From positions 894 to 64,893 of the forward strand of contig CAYPKR010000002.1 of assembly GCA_964411375.1 (NCBI GenBank): a stretch of DNA of 64,000 bases. The letters are read 5' to 3'. The position numbers were made by a program, and so were the translations under genes. Positions 1 through 9,160 of this stretch are shown in pieces (positions within the stretch are counted from its first letter, which is position 1; every line of letters begins with the position of its first letter). Under the pieces are notes generated by a model. The model saw only the letters and a program-made list of their open reading frames with translations. It was not told the origin of the DNA and searched no databases. Source of the stretch: an uncultured Candidatus Saccharibacteria bacterium (lineage in GTDB: Bacteria > Patescibacteriota > Minisyncoccia > Phycocordibacterales > UBA12088).

Positions 1-250
1 TGAGGGGAAGCTTTTTCGTGCTACGTCCGCGTGTCGGCACAAACTTGCATACACACACGAGCCGATGACACCAAAGTGTTTTGCGTATACATCAACAAAA
101 AGATTGTCGGACTGATACCAACCTTTTTTTCTTGAATCTTTTACAACAAATGTTTCTGTATCCATAAAATATCACTTTAGTTTCATCGGCATTGAGTGAT
201 AGATATAGTATATCAGGCAGTGTACAGAAGTGTCTATATTTTACAGTATT

Positions 251-287
251 GACATCTGTGGACATAAAAAGACATTTGTAATACAAT
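251..287 (+). promoter_or_regulatory. Putative sigma70 promoter (TGGACA-17-TACAAT) overlapped by three phased GACAT direct repeats
   Basis: GACAT at 251, 261 and 271; -35 at 259-264 and -10 at 282-287, just upstream of the HTH gene. Confidence 0.55.
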
Positions 288-310
288 ATAGAAACGATAA
301 AACCTGATTT

Positions 311-547
311 ATGAAAGACACTCAATTTACATTATTGACACTTCAAGAGGTTGCCGATGAGCTTCGTGTAAACCCTCGTACAGTGTTCCGATTGATACGC
401 GGAGAGAATACAACGGGGAAAAAACTTCCAGCAGTTATGGTTGGACATTCGTGGCGTATTCGCAGAGATGACCTCAATAAGTTTCTTGTTGAAAATCTCA
501 ATCTGAACACGCCTGCGAAAAAGACGAAGCCAAAAAAGAAAAAATGA
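311..547 (+). CDS. Excisionase-like winged HTH DNA-binding protein (HTH_17 type)
   Basis: LLTLQEVADELRVNPRTVFRLI...LPAVMVGHSWRIRRDDL pattern; ATGA overlap with hsdM. Confidence 0.85.
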   Translation: MKDTQFTLLTLQEVADELRVNPRTVFRLIRGENTTGKKLPAVMVGHSWRIRRDDLNKFLVENLNLNTPAKKTKPKKKK

Positions 548-2004
548 AAACTACTACTAAACCACAACCAACAAAGGACGCACTAACCAAATCAGATATC
601 AAGCGTGTATGCGATATTCTTCGTCGTGATGATGGGGTTGGTGCAAAGGACTACATTGAGCAGTTTTCTTGGCTTCTTTTCTTGAAGGTCTTTGAGGGTG
701 TTGAGTGGCAACTCAAAGAACTTGAAGAAGCGGAGGGAAGAAAGTACAAAGCGGTCATAGATACCGAGTATCAGTGGTCTTCTTGGGCTAAAAAGGACTG
801 GAAAGACAAGGACGAGCTTGTACACTTCATCAATCAAAAGCTATTCCCTTATCTCAAGTCCCTGAAAGGTACTCGCGAAAGAGACAAAATCGGTGAGATA
901 TTCCGTGAGCTTTCTGGCAATCGTATTCGCTCACCTCACAATCTCCTAGATGTTATCGGTATTTTGGACAAGATAGAGAAACACCACTTTCAGGATACAA
1001 ACCTGCTTTCACAGGTCTACGAAGAAATCCTACAAGCTATGGGTAGTGAGGGTGGCTGGTCAGGAGAGTTCTATACTCCGCGCCCCATCATTCGTCTGAT
1101 GGTCAAAGTTGTTGACCCAAAAATAGGAGAAACAATCTTTGACCCATTCGTAGGTTCTGGAGGTTTTCTTGTTGAGAGTTTCAATCAACTGTACGAAAAG
1201 TCAGCAAAAGATGTGCGGGCTTGGAGAACACTGCAAACAAAAACTTTTTATGGACAAGAAAAGAAACCTCTACCGTTCCTTATCGGGACAATGAACCTCA
1301 TTCTCCATCATATTCTTGTGCCAAATCTCACACGCTCAAATACTTTTATGGAAGACGTCCATAACGTATCAGAAGAAACAAAGAGGGATATTATTTTGAC
1401 CAACCCACCTTTCGGTGCAGAAGAATCAAAAGTAGTCCAGAATAACTACCCGATACAGGTTGGAGCAACGGAAGCACTGGCTCTCCAGTACATTATGAAG
1501 CACCTAAAAAATGGTGGGCGTTGCGGAGTTATCCTTCCAGAAAGCAATGTATTGTTTGGTGGTGGGGCTGTCGCACGAATACGTCAGGAGTTGTTAGAGA
1601 AGTTCAATGTACATACGATTATTTCTTTGCCATCGGGAGTTTTTGCTCAAATGGGTGCAAATAGCGTAAAGACGAGTCTAATCTTTTTTGATAAAACTGG
1701 TTCTACAAAAGAAATATGGTTTGGCGAAGTTTACGGCAAGTTCTCAAAGAGAAAAAAGAATATAGGCGACTCTCATCTTGAGGACATTTTTGAGCAATGG
1801 AAAAAGCGTGAAGTTTCTGAAAACTCGTGGATAGTTCCTATTGAGGAAATAAAAAAGGGTGGTTTTGACCTTACCCCCAAAAATCCAAACACCAAAGATA
1901 CAAGGGTACTCCTTTCTCCAAAGGAGACACTTCGTGCAATAGAGGATATCCAGAACAAGATAGACGCTGTCCTTTTGGAGCTAAAAGAGGCAACCGCCGA
2001 ATAA
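544..2004 (+). CDS. hsdM: Type I R-M N6-adenine methyltransferase subunit M
   Basis: GEFYTPR, DPFVGSGGF (SAM-binding motif I), TNPPFG (motif IV), N-terminal HsdM helical domain. Confidence 0.95.
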   Translation: MKTTTKPQPTKDALTKSDIKRVCDILRRDDGVGAKDYIEQFSWLLFLKVFEGVEWQLKELEEAEGRKYKAVIDTEYQWSSWAKKDWKDKDELVHFINQKLFPYLKSLKGTRERDKIGEIFRELSGNRIRSPHNLLDVIGILDKIEKHHFQDTNLLSQVYEEILQAMGSEGGWSGEFYTPRPIIRLMVKVVDPKIGETIFDPFVGSGGFLVESFNQLYEKSAKDVRAWRTLQTKTFYGQEKKPLPFLIGTMNLILHHILVPNLTRSNTFMEDVHNVSEETKRDIILTNPPFGAEESKVVQNNYPIQVGATEALALQYIMKHLKNGGRCGVILPESNVLFGGGAVARIRQELLEKFNVHTIISLPSGVFAQMGANSVKTSLIFFDKTGSTKEIWFGEVYGKFSKRKKNIGDSHLEDIFEQWKKREVSENSWIVPIEEIKKGGFDLTPKNPNTKDTRVLLSPKETLRAIEDIQNKIDAVLLELKEATAE

Positions 2005-2008
2005 ATAT

Positions 2009-2566
2009 ATGAGAACACAAAAAGTACAACTTGAAGAAATACTAGGATACGAACAGCCAACAAAATATATTGTTAGTTCATCAGTATATTCAGCAGATGA
2101 AAAACAAACTGCTGTGCTTACGGCTGGAAAAACATTCATCTTGGGCTATACAGGCGAAACAGACGGTATTTTCCCAAAGGAAAAACTCCCAGTTATTATT
2201 TTTGATGATTTTACTACTGCAACAAAATACGTAGATTTTCCTTTCAAGGTGAAGTCATCTGCTATGAAGATTTTGCATATAGATAAAGATAAGGCAGACC
2301 CTCGTTATGTATTTTATTTATTGCAATCCATTACATTCCCTGTAAAGAAACACAAGCGTCATTGGATATCGGAATACTCTAAAATCTTTGTGGATTTGCC
2401 TCCTATTTCTGAACAGAAAAAAATATCAGAAAGGTTAGAAAAGTCCCTCAAAGTTATTGACTCAAAAGTCGGTCTTGTTACAGATTTGCTTCTAAAACAA
2501 AAAGCGTTGTTCGCAGGACTGCGCTCTTCAGTATTGAGAGCGACTTTTGTAGTCAAAGAAAAATAA
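2009..2566 (+). CDS. hsdS: Half-size type I specificity subunit S (one TRD plus conserved helix)
   Basis: Between hsdM and hsdR; LPPISEQKKI conserved region followed by a helical tail LRSSVLRATF; only 185 aa. Confidence 0.85.
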   Translation: MRTQKVQLEEILGYEQPTKYIVSSSVYSADEKQTAVLTAGKTFILGYTGETDGIFPKEKLPVIIFDDFTTATKYVDFPFKVKSSAMKILHIDKDKADPRYVFYLLQSITFPVKKHKRHWISEYSKIFVDLPPISEQKKISERLEKSLKVIDSKVGLVTDLLLKQKALFAGLRSSVLRATFVVKEK

Positions 2567-2567
2567 T

Positions 2568-5027
2568 ATGCCATATTCAGAAGATGATACAAGGGTCAAA
2601 ATCATAGACCCACAAATACACGAAAACGGATGGAAAGAGGAATATATCCTTCGCAACTATCCTATTGCTGACGACCGCTTCTACGTTGAAGGAGAGGATT
2701 ACAAACGTCTTCCGACTGCGAAGTTCGCTGATTATGTTCTTCTTTTCAACAATGTTCCTATCGCTGTATTAGAGGCAAAAGCGGAAGATGTAGAACCTCA
2801 CAAACACTTGAGCCAAGCACAGGACTATGCAAAGCGACTTGATGTACCTTTCGCATACGTTTCTAACGGTAAGACAACTCATCTCCACGACCGTCGTACT
2901 CTAAAAACCGAAGAAGTTTCTAGCTACCTTTCCCCTGAAGAAATGTTTGAGGCGTACAAGGAATGGAAAGGGTTTTCTGACCAGAAACTAGACGCCCTTA
3001 CATACCCACTTTATGTATCAGGTACAAAGCGTCCTCGTTCGTATCAGGAAACAGCAATAAAAAACACCGTTGAAAACATCGTCAAAGGAAAGAAAACTAC
3101 TCTCCTTACAATGGCGACAGGTACTGGTAAAACTTTTACAGCATTTCAGATTGTGTGGAAACTCGTGAAGTCAAAACACATTCACCGTGTACTTTTCCTT
3201 TGCGACAGAATAATCCTTCGTGATGACGCATATAGTAGAGATTTTGAGCCGTTTGGTGAAGCACGATGCAAGATTGAGGGCGGTGATTTCAATGCCAACC
3301 GAGATATGTACTTTGCTACATACCAGACCCTTTTCACTAACGACCTCTACAAACAAATACCACCTGATTTCTTTGACCTTATCGTGATTGATGAGTGTCA
3401 TCGTTCTCGTTATGGCGACTGGGGTGATGTGTTGGAGCATTTCCAATCAGCACAACAACTTGGAATGACTGCTACTCCGAAGCGTGAAGACAACATTGAT
3501 GTCTACGAATACTTTGGCGAGCCAGTTTTTGAGTACTCACTTGGACAAGCGATTGAGGACGGATATCTAGTACCGTACAAAATCTTCAAGGTTACAACCA
3601 ACCTCTACAAAGAAGGATTGAATGTTTCTTCTGCTGAAGAAGTTATTTACGATGATGATATAGAACCAGAGGAAGTAAAAGATTTTTACGAGCCATCAGA
3701 ATATGAGCGTGCAGTTACTATCCCAGAACAGATAGACCTACTCTCAAAGAAAGTTATTGAGGTTTTGGATAAGACCAACCAATACGGCAAGACCATTATC
3801 TTCTGCGTAGATATGGCACACGCACAAGCGGTAAAAGATAAGCTCAACGAACTAAAAGCGAATGAGGATTATGCTACTCGCATCGTTGCCGAAGACAAAG
3901 ATGACCTGACAAAGTTCCGAGATAAGGAACGAGTAATGCCTGTTGTTGCTACAACGGTAGACCTTCTCTCAACTGGTGTTGATATTCCATACGTTGAAAA
4001 CATTGTCTTTATGCGTCCTATCGCATCACGCGTGTTGTTCAAGCAGATACTTGGACGTGGCTCACGTCTCTTTGATGGAAAGGGCTTCTTTAGGATTATA
4101 GATTTCACCAACGCTACTCGCTTGATTGACGAGTGGGATATTCCAACTGAAAAACCAGAACCACCAGAGCCACCTGAAGAACCAATCGCACCTTATGACA
4201 AACTCGTAATGGGTATTGTTGTGGACAACAAAACGGAGACCCCTATCGCAAGTGCAATAGTAAAAGCAAAACTTGGACGCTGGGAGAAACTAGGAAAGAC
4301 AGATGCAGACGGTATCTTCAAGATTTTTGGCTTGCCATCAAATGACGCTGTAAGTATCAGTATTGAACACCCAGAATATAAGAAGTTGAGCAATAAACTG
4401 AAGCCACACGAGAACGAAGAAGAAACTCCGTATGAGTTCCGATTGAAATCGTGGAAGGCAGTACCAAAGAAGATAACTGTCAAAGGCATTGTGGTTACGA
4501 TTGATGAAGAAGTAGAAGTTGAGTTTGATGGTATGAAGCTCTCGTATGCGGAGTACCGCAAATACTCTAAAGAAAAGATTGCTCAAACAATCCATTCTTC
4601 GGATGAGCTTCGTGCTATCTGGCTAGACCCAGAAAAGCGTGAGAAGTTTATTTCCGACCTTGAGGCAATGAAGGTAAATATCACACTCATAAAATCTATT
4701 GAGAATCTAGAAGATGTAGACGCTTTTGACATCGTTGCTCACATTGCCTTTGACGCTCCATTGATGACACGCGAAGACCGAGTGAAGCACTTTATGAGGC
4801 AGAACTCCAAGAGCATAGACCAATACGGTAAGGAGATTGGCGAAGCTATCCGCGAGATTATGGAGAAGTACAAAAACAGTGGCGAAGAAAATCTCTCCGC
4901 GCAGGCATTTCTCCTACCGAATATGAACGCAAAGAAAGAAGCTATCCAAGCGAAATACCCCGATGGTTTGTATGGCTTCATACATAACCTGAAAGAGAAA
5001 GTTTACGCCTTTGCAGGTAGAAACTGA
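2568..5027 (+). CDS. hsdR: Type I restriction endonuclease subunit R (EcoAI/EcoEI-like)
   Basis: ADYVL...LEAK nuclease motif, MATGTGKT Walker A, DECHR, GMTATP, QILGRGSR helicase motifs. Confidence 0.95.
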   Translation: MPYSEDDTRVKIIDPQIHENGWKEEYILRNYPIADDRFYVEGEDYKRLPTAKFADYVLLFNNVPIAVLEAKAEDVEPHKHLSQAQDYAKRLDVPFAYVSNGKTTHLHDRRTLKTEEVSSYLSPEEMFEAYKEWKGFSDQKLDALTYPLYVSGTKRPRSYQETAIKNTVENIVKGKKTTLLTMATGTGKTFTAFQIVWKLVKSKHIHRVLFLCDRIILRDDAYSRDFEPFGEARCKIEGGDFNANRDMYFATYQTLFTNDLYKQIPPDFFDLIVIDECHRSRYGDWGDVLEHFQSAQQLGMTATPKREDNIDVYEYFGEPVFEYSLGQAIEDGYLVPYKIFKVTTNLYKEGLNVSSAEEVIYDDDIEPEEVKDFYEPSEYERAVTIPEQIDLLSKKVIEVLDKTNQYGKTIIFCVDMAHAQAVKDKLNELKANEDYATRIVAEDKDDLTKFRDKERVMPVVATTVDLLSTGVDIPYVENIVFMRPIASRVLFKQILGRGSRLFDGKGFFRIIDFTNATRLIDEWDIPTEKPEPPEPPEEPIAPYDKLVMGIVVDNKTETPIASAIVKAKLGRWEKLGKTDADGIFKIFGLPSNDAVSISIEHPEYKKLSNKLKPHENEEETPYEFRLKSWKAVPKKITVKGIVVTIDEEVEVEFDGMKLSYAEYRKYSKEKIAQTIHSSDELRAIWLDPEKREKFISDLEAMKVNITLIKSIENLEDVDAFDIVAHIAFDAPLMTREDRVKHFMRQNSKSIDQYGKEIGEAIREIMEKYKNSGEENLSAQAFLLPNMNAKKEAIQAKYPDGLYGFIHNLKEKVYAFAGRN

Positions 5028-5041
5028 TATGAAGAAACCCT

Positions 5042-7333
5042 ATGAATACAAAACGCATCAAAGAAATAAAGAATACGGACGCCTTTGATGTTTTCAACTG
5101 GGCTGGAGACGACCTAAAAAAATACAATCTAATATATGGCTGGAATGGTTCGGGAAAGACAACCATCTCTCGTGTATTCAACTTCCTTGAAAGAAAGGAG
5201 GTTCACATCAAAGACCTCACTGCGATAGAGTTTTCTATTGATACAGATAGTGGACTAATCAAGCAAACAGGGCTACCGACTCACTCACTGAATGTTCGTG
5301 TTTTCAACGAGGACTTCATATCTGAAAACCTGCTCTTTGAGCAGTCCCACGCAAAAAAGATTGTAATACTAGGCAAGGAAAATGTTGCTGTACAGAAAGA
5401 AATAGAAGAACTTGGTACACAGTTATCGGAAAAAGAAAAAACTATTATTGGGCTAGAGGAACAGCTCAATCGTGTCCCAGACCTAAATGCAATACTCTCA
5501 AAAGCAGGAAGTGATGTACCACAGCAGTTTGCAAACACACCTCTTGCAGGTAGTAGTTACTACGGCAGAAGCTACAACAAAACAAAGGTAGATAAGCGAC
5601 TTGAGAACGGAAACGTTAGCGAAAGCAATCTTACTTCTTTGATATTGGACGCAACAACATTTGATGAGAAAAAGGACACGATAAAAAATGAGAAGAAAGC
5701 AATAGAAACTACTATCGCAGACATTCCTGATTTATCAACTATTTTTGCTAGTGCGAATGGATTGCTAAACACCTCCATCACCATCACCGAGATTGAGGAG
5801 CTAAAAGATGACAAGCCACTCCGCGACTGGGTTGAAAAGGGTTACGAACTGCACAGAGATAGAAAACTAAACGAATGTAAGTTCTGTAAAAGTAATCTTT
5901 CTGATGACCTACTTACTCATCTTGGGAGTTTCTTTACTGACGAGTTACAGAAAGCTAAAACGCAGATAGAAAGTACTGTGTCATCTCTCAATACACAGTT
6001 TGCAAGTGGCGCACTCAACTTGGAAGCAAATACTCTTTTCCCTGAGCTAGCGAGACAGTTTGAGACCCCAAAGAGTGAGCTATCAACTCAAGTAAAAGTC
6101 ATTGAGGGAGCAATAGCTTCTTTAGTATCCCAGTTGAAAGAAAAAAGCACTAATCTTCACGACCACACAAAGAAACACACGCCCATTGAATATCCTACCG
6201 AAGCTATAACTAAGGCAAATACAGCACTAGAAAAGATACGCACTATTATCGCAGAACACAACAGAAAAGTTGGAACGATAGCAGATGAGGTGAAGAAATC
6301 AGCAGAAGCCATTGAGCTACACATCATCGCAAAAACTCTAACCGATAGAGAGTACTTCAAGCACAAGAAAGAGGAAGAAAGGATAAGGGCAGACATAGCT
6401 AAAACAATGACAGAGCGGTCTGTCATTGATGGTCAAATAAAAACAAAAAAAGCGTCATTGCAGAATGCCACTGATGCAGTGGAAAAAATCAATGCCATCT
6501 TGGCAGAGTTTTTTGGCAGTGAGTATATCCATTTAGAGGTTTCAGAAACGGCTAGCAAGGAAATAGAATATGTACTGAAGCGAAAGGACAAGAATGCTAA
6601 ACATTTGAGCGAGGGTGAAGCGAGTGTATTAGCTCTGGTCTATTTCCTAGTAAAACTAGAAGAAGACGGATGTGATAAAAAGAACTGCCTTATTGTTGTA
6701 GACGACCCAGTAGACAGTCAGGACAGCAACTTCTTATTCCGTACTTTTGGATTACTAAAAAGGCAACTAAAAGATACTGGACAGTTGATTGTACTTACCC
6801 ACAACTTTGAGTTTTTCAATCTCATACGAGATTGGTATCTCACCAGACAAATGAGAGATACTTCGGCACTATTTTTTATCTCTCACAACAAAACAGGGAC
6901 ACCTCAAGAAGTAAAAGTTGATAATCTACCAAACTTGCTCAAAGATTATAAGAGTGAGTACCAATACTTATTTTCACGACTGTATAGATACTCAGGTGAT
7001 ATTGAGCAACTTGATGAACCTCTTGTGGCAAACCTAGCCCGTAAAGTTTTGGAGTATTTCGCAGGTTTCAAGTGGGCGTGTAAAACGACAGAGGATTTTA
7101 CAAACATCGTAACTCATCGTTTCGTCTCCAGTGAAGAAGAACTAAAGAAAGGGACTGGTGATTTTATTGTAAAGTTCCTGCACGAGTACTCACACGGACA
7201 GGATTTCTCAAGACCTATATCCGCTTCAATGCTGGAAAGTAAACAGATAGCAAAGAATGTACTTGAGTTTATCCGTCTCGCTGATGATGACCACTACGAC
7301 CGTTTAGAAAAGCTATCCAAAGGCGAGGAATAG
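5042..7333 (+). CDS. RloC-like ABC/SMC ATPase with zinc hook and C-terminal HEPN-like domain (AAA_13)
   Basis: GWNGSGKTT, coiled coil with CKFC, LSEGE signature, VVDDPVDSQD Walker B/D-loop, LTHN, C-terminal NLARKVLEYF...KFLHEYSH. Confidence 0.85.
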   Translation: MNTKRIKEIKNTDAFDVFNWAGDDLKKYNLIYGWNGSGKTTISRVFNFLERKEVHIKDLTAIEFSIDTDSGLIKQTGLPTHSLNVRVFNEDFISENLLFEQSHAKKIVILGKENVAVQKEIEELGTQLSEKEKTIIGLEEQLNRVPDLNAILSKAGSDVPQQFANTPLAGSSYYGRSYNKTKVDKRLENGNVSESNLTSLILDATTFDEKKDTIKNEKKAIETTIADIPDLSTIFASANGLLNTSITITEIEELKDDKPLRDWVEKGYELHRDRKLNECKFCKSNLSDDLLTHLGSFFTDELQKAKTQIESTVSSLNTQFASGALNLEANTLFPELARQFETPKSELSTQVKVIEGAIASLVSQLKEKSTNLHDHTKKHTPIEYPTEAITKANTALEKIRTIIAEHNRKVGTIADEVKKSAEAIELHIIAKTLTDREYFKHKKEEERIRADIAKTMTERSVIDGQIKTKKASLQNATDAVEKINAILAEFFGSEYIHLEVSETASKEIEYVLKRKDKNAKHLSEGEASVLALVYFLVKLEEDGCDKKNCLIVVDDPVDSQDSNFLFRTFGLLKRQLKDTGQLIVLTHNFEFFNLIRDWYLTRQMRDTSALFFISHNKTGTPQEVKVDNLPNLLKDYKSEYQYLFSRLYRYSGDIEQLDEPLVANLARKVLEYFAGFKWACKTTEDFTNIVTHRFVSSEEELKKGTGDFIVKFLHEYSHGQDFSRPISASMLESKQIAKNVLEFIRLADDDHYDRLEKLSKGEE

Positions 7334-7386
7334 TTGAATGTAATGTAATGAGAGTTATGGCACATAGAAAATGCTAAAATACCAAT

Positions 7387-7794
7387 ATGAACGTTTTACC
7401 TAAAACAAAGACACTCCTCTACGGCATACTCATCACGGCATTTTTGTATGTGAGTGTTTTTGCCCTACCAGCAATGGCAACGATGGAACATCACGAGATG
7501 GGAGGTGGTATGAGCAACTGTCCCTTTATGATCGGCGAAACTGCATTGTGTCAGATGAACATTTTTGACCATATCGCTTCGTGGCAAGCGATGTTTACCG
7601 CTCTCCCTGCTGAACTCTCAACCGTTCTTCTACTTTTGCTTTCGTTAGTCCTTGCGTGGGTATGGTTACGACATCTCTTTGACCCACCCGATACCTCGCA
7701 ACTAAAATCACTTTTTTCATATTCAAGGGAAACACACGCTCCCTCTTTTAGAGAAGTACTTTTAGGCAGTGTCATAAGTCCTCGCGCTCCATAG
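7387..7794 (+). CDS. His/Met/Cys-rich membrane protein ending in RAP-stop; candidate metal-responsive leader ORF
   Basis: N-terminal TM, MEHHEMGGGMSNCPFM...C, second TM, C-terminus SPRAP. Confidence 0.65.
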   Translation: MNVLPKTKTLLYGILITAFLYVSVFALPAMATMEHHEMGGGMSNCPFMIGETALCQMNIFDHIASWQAMFTALPAELSTVLLLLLSLVLAWVWLRHLFDPPDTSQLKSLFSYSRETHAPSFREVLLGSVISPRAP

Positions 7795-7838
7795 TTTTGT
7801 TGCATTTGTTCTTATTACAAACTAGCAACTAAAACTAT

Positions 7839-8207
7839 ATGGAAAATACAAAAAACAATGTTCTCGTTATTGGTCTACTAACCTTGTTACTCGGTCTCGT
7901 GATTGGTTACTTTGTTGGTACAAGCCGTCCGACATATCAGCAAGCACCTATATCAACCTCATCAGGTATGCACGGTGCAATGGGTGGAATGATGATGGGT
8001 TTGGAGGGTAAAACAGGAGATGCACTTGATTTAGCGTTTCTTGATGGAATGATTATCCACCACGAAGGAGCGGTTGAAATGGCACAAGCACTCCTCAAAG
8101 GAACAAAGCGACCAGAGCTTATCAAACTAGGCAACGACATCATCACTGCTCAAACAGGAGAAATCCAAATGATGAAAGAGTGGCGTAAGACGTGGTTCAA
8201 CCAATAA
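7839..8207 (+). CDS. DUF305/CopM-like ferritin-fold metal-binding protein
   Basis: TM anchor, Met-rich segment, DLAFLDGMIIHHEGAVEMA...IITAQTGEIQMMKEW. Confidence 0.88.
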   Translation: MENTKNNVLVIGLLTLLLGLVIGYFVGTSRPTYQQAPISTSSGMHGAMGGMMMGLEGKTGDALDLAFLDGMIIHHEGAVEMAQALLKGTKRPELIKLGNDIITAQTGEIQMMKEWRKTWFNQ

Positions 8208-8212
8208 AACCT

Positions 8213-9112
8213 ATGCAGAAAAACTATCTCATAGGTGGTGTAGTCGTTCTGGTCATTGTCGGTGGACTGTTCCTGTTTAGTTCTGGCAGTAAGCCAATAG
8301 AAAGTACTACTGGAAATGCACTTACTCCAGCAACATCATTCAGTCATTCTCACGGCATAGCCGTAGATACTACTGACGCAACGAAGGTGTACATTGCCAC
8401 ACACGAAGGTTTGTATCTTCTTCAAGGCGATAAAGACCTATTCCAAATCGGTAAAGTACGAGATGACCTGATGGGCTTCTCTGCACACCCTACTGACGCA
8501 AACACATTCTTCAGTAGCGGACACCCATCACGCGGAGGCAACATCGGCTTTCAGAAAACTACTGATGGAGGCATAACGTGGGAACGCTTGTCTGACGGTC
8601 TCGGTGGTCGCGTTGACTTCCACTCAATGACCGTGAGCCAAGTAAATCCTGACATCGTGTACGGTTTCTTTGGGAACAAACTCCAAAGAAGTACCGATGG
8701 TGGTCGTTCGTGGGAATATGCAAAAGGCACAGTTGCACCAATCTCACTTTCATCTGACCCAAAGAATGAAAGTATTGTCTACGCCTCAACTCAAAATGGG
8801 GTTGTGGTAAGTAACGACAAGGGCGACACTTGGCAGAGCATATCTCCACAACTAGAAGGTGGGGCGGTAAGTGTGTTTGCTGTTGACCCTCTCTCTACCA
8901 ACGCACTCTCGTTCTCCGAAAAGCTCGGCGGAATGGGTAAAAGTGTTGATGGAGGTAAAAGCTGGGAGAAAATACCAGAAACATTTGGAGGTGAAGCAGT
9001 GCTGTATATTTCGCACAGCAAATCTACGACTGGCACGGTGTACGCACTTACGAATAAAAACAGCGTGTACAAAAGCACCGATAGCGGAGCAACGTGGACA
9101 AAGGTACGGTAA
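8213..9112 (+). CDS. Membrane-anchored BNR/Asp-box beta-propeller (F510_1955-like)
   Basis: Repeated S/T-x-D-x-G-x-T/S-W boxes; HSHG, ATHEGL, DLMGF, SGHP, DFHSM motifs. Confidence 0.8.
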   Translation: MQKNYLIGGVVVLVIVGGLFLFSSGSKPIESTTGNALTPATSFSHSHGIAVDTTDATKVYIATHEGLYLLQGDKDLFQIGKVRDDLMGFSAHPTDANTFFSSGHPSRGGNIGFQKTTDGGITWERLSDGLGGRVDFHSMTVSQVNPDIVYGFFGNKLQRSTDGGRSWEYAKGTVAPISLSSDPKNESIVYASTQNGVVVSNDKGDTWQSISPQLEGGAVSVFAVDPLSTNALSFSEKLGGMGKSVDGGKSWEKIPETFGGEAVLYISHSKSTTGTVYALTNKNSVYKSTDSGATWTKVR

Positions 9113-9131
9113 ACAAATCATTAGCAAGAAG

Positions 9132-9160
9132 TGAAGCACCCCGACAAGGGGTGTTTTGCT
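9132..9160. terminator. Bidirectional intrinsic terminator between convergent genes
   Basis: gaagcacccc-gacaa-ggggtgtttt hairpin. Confidence 0.6.
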
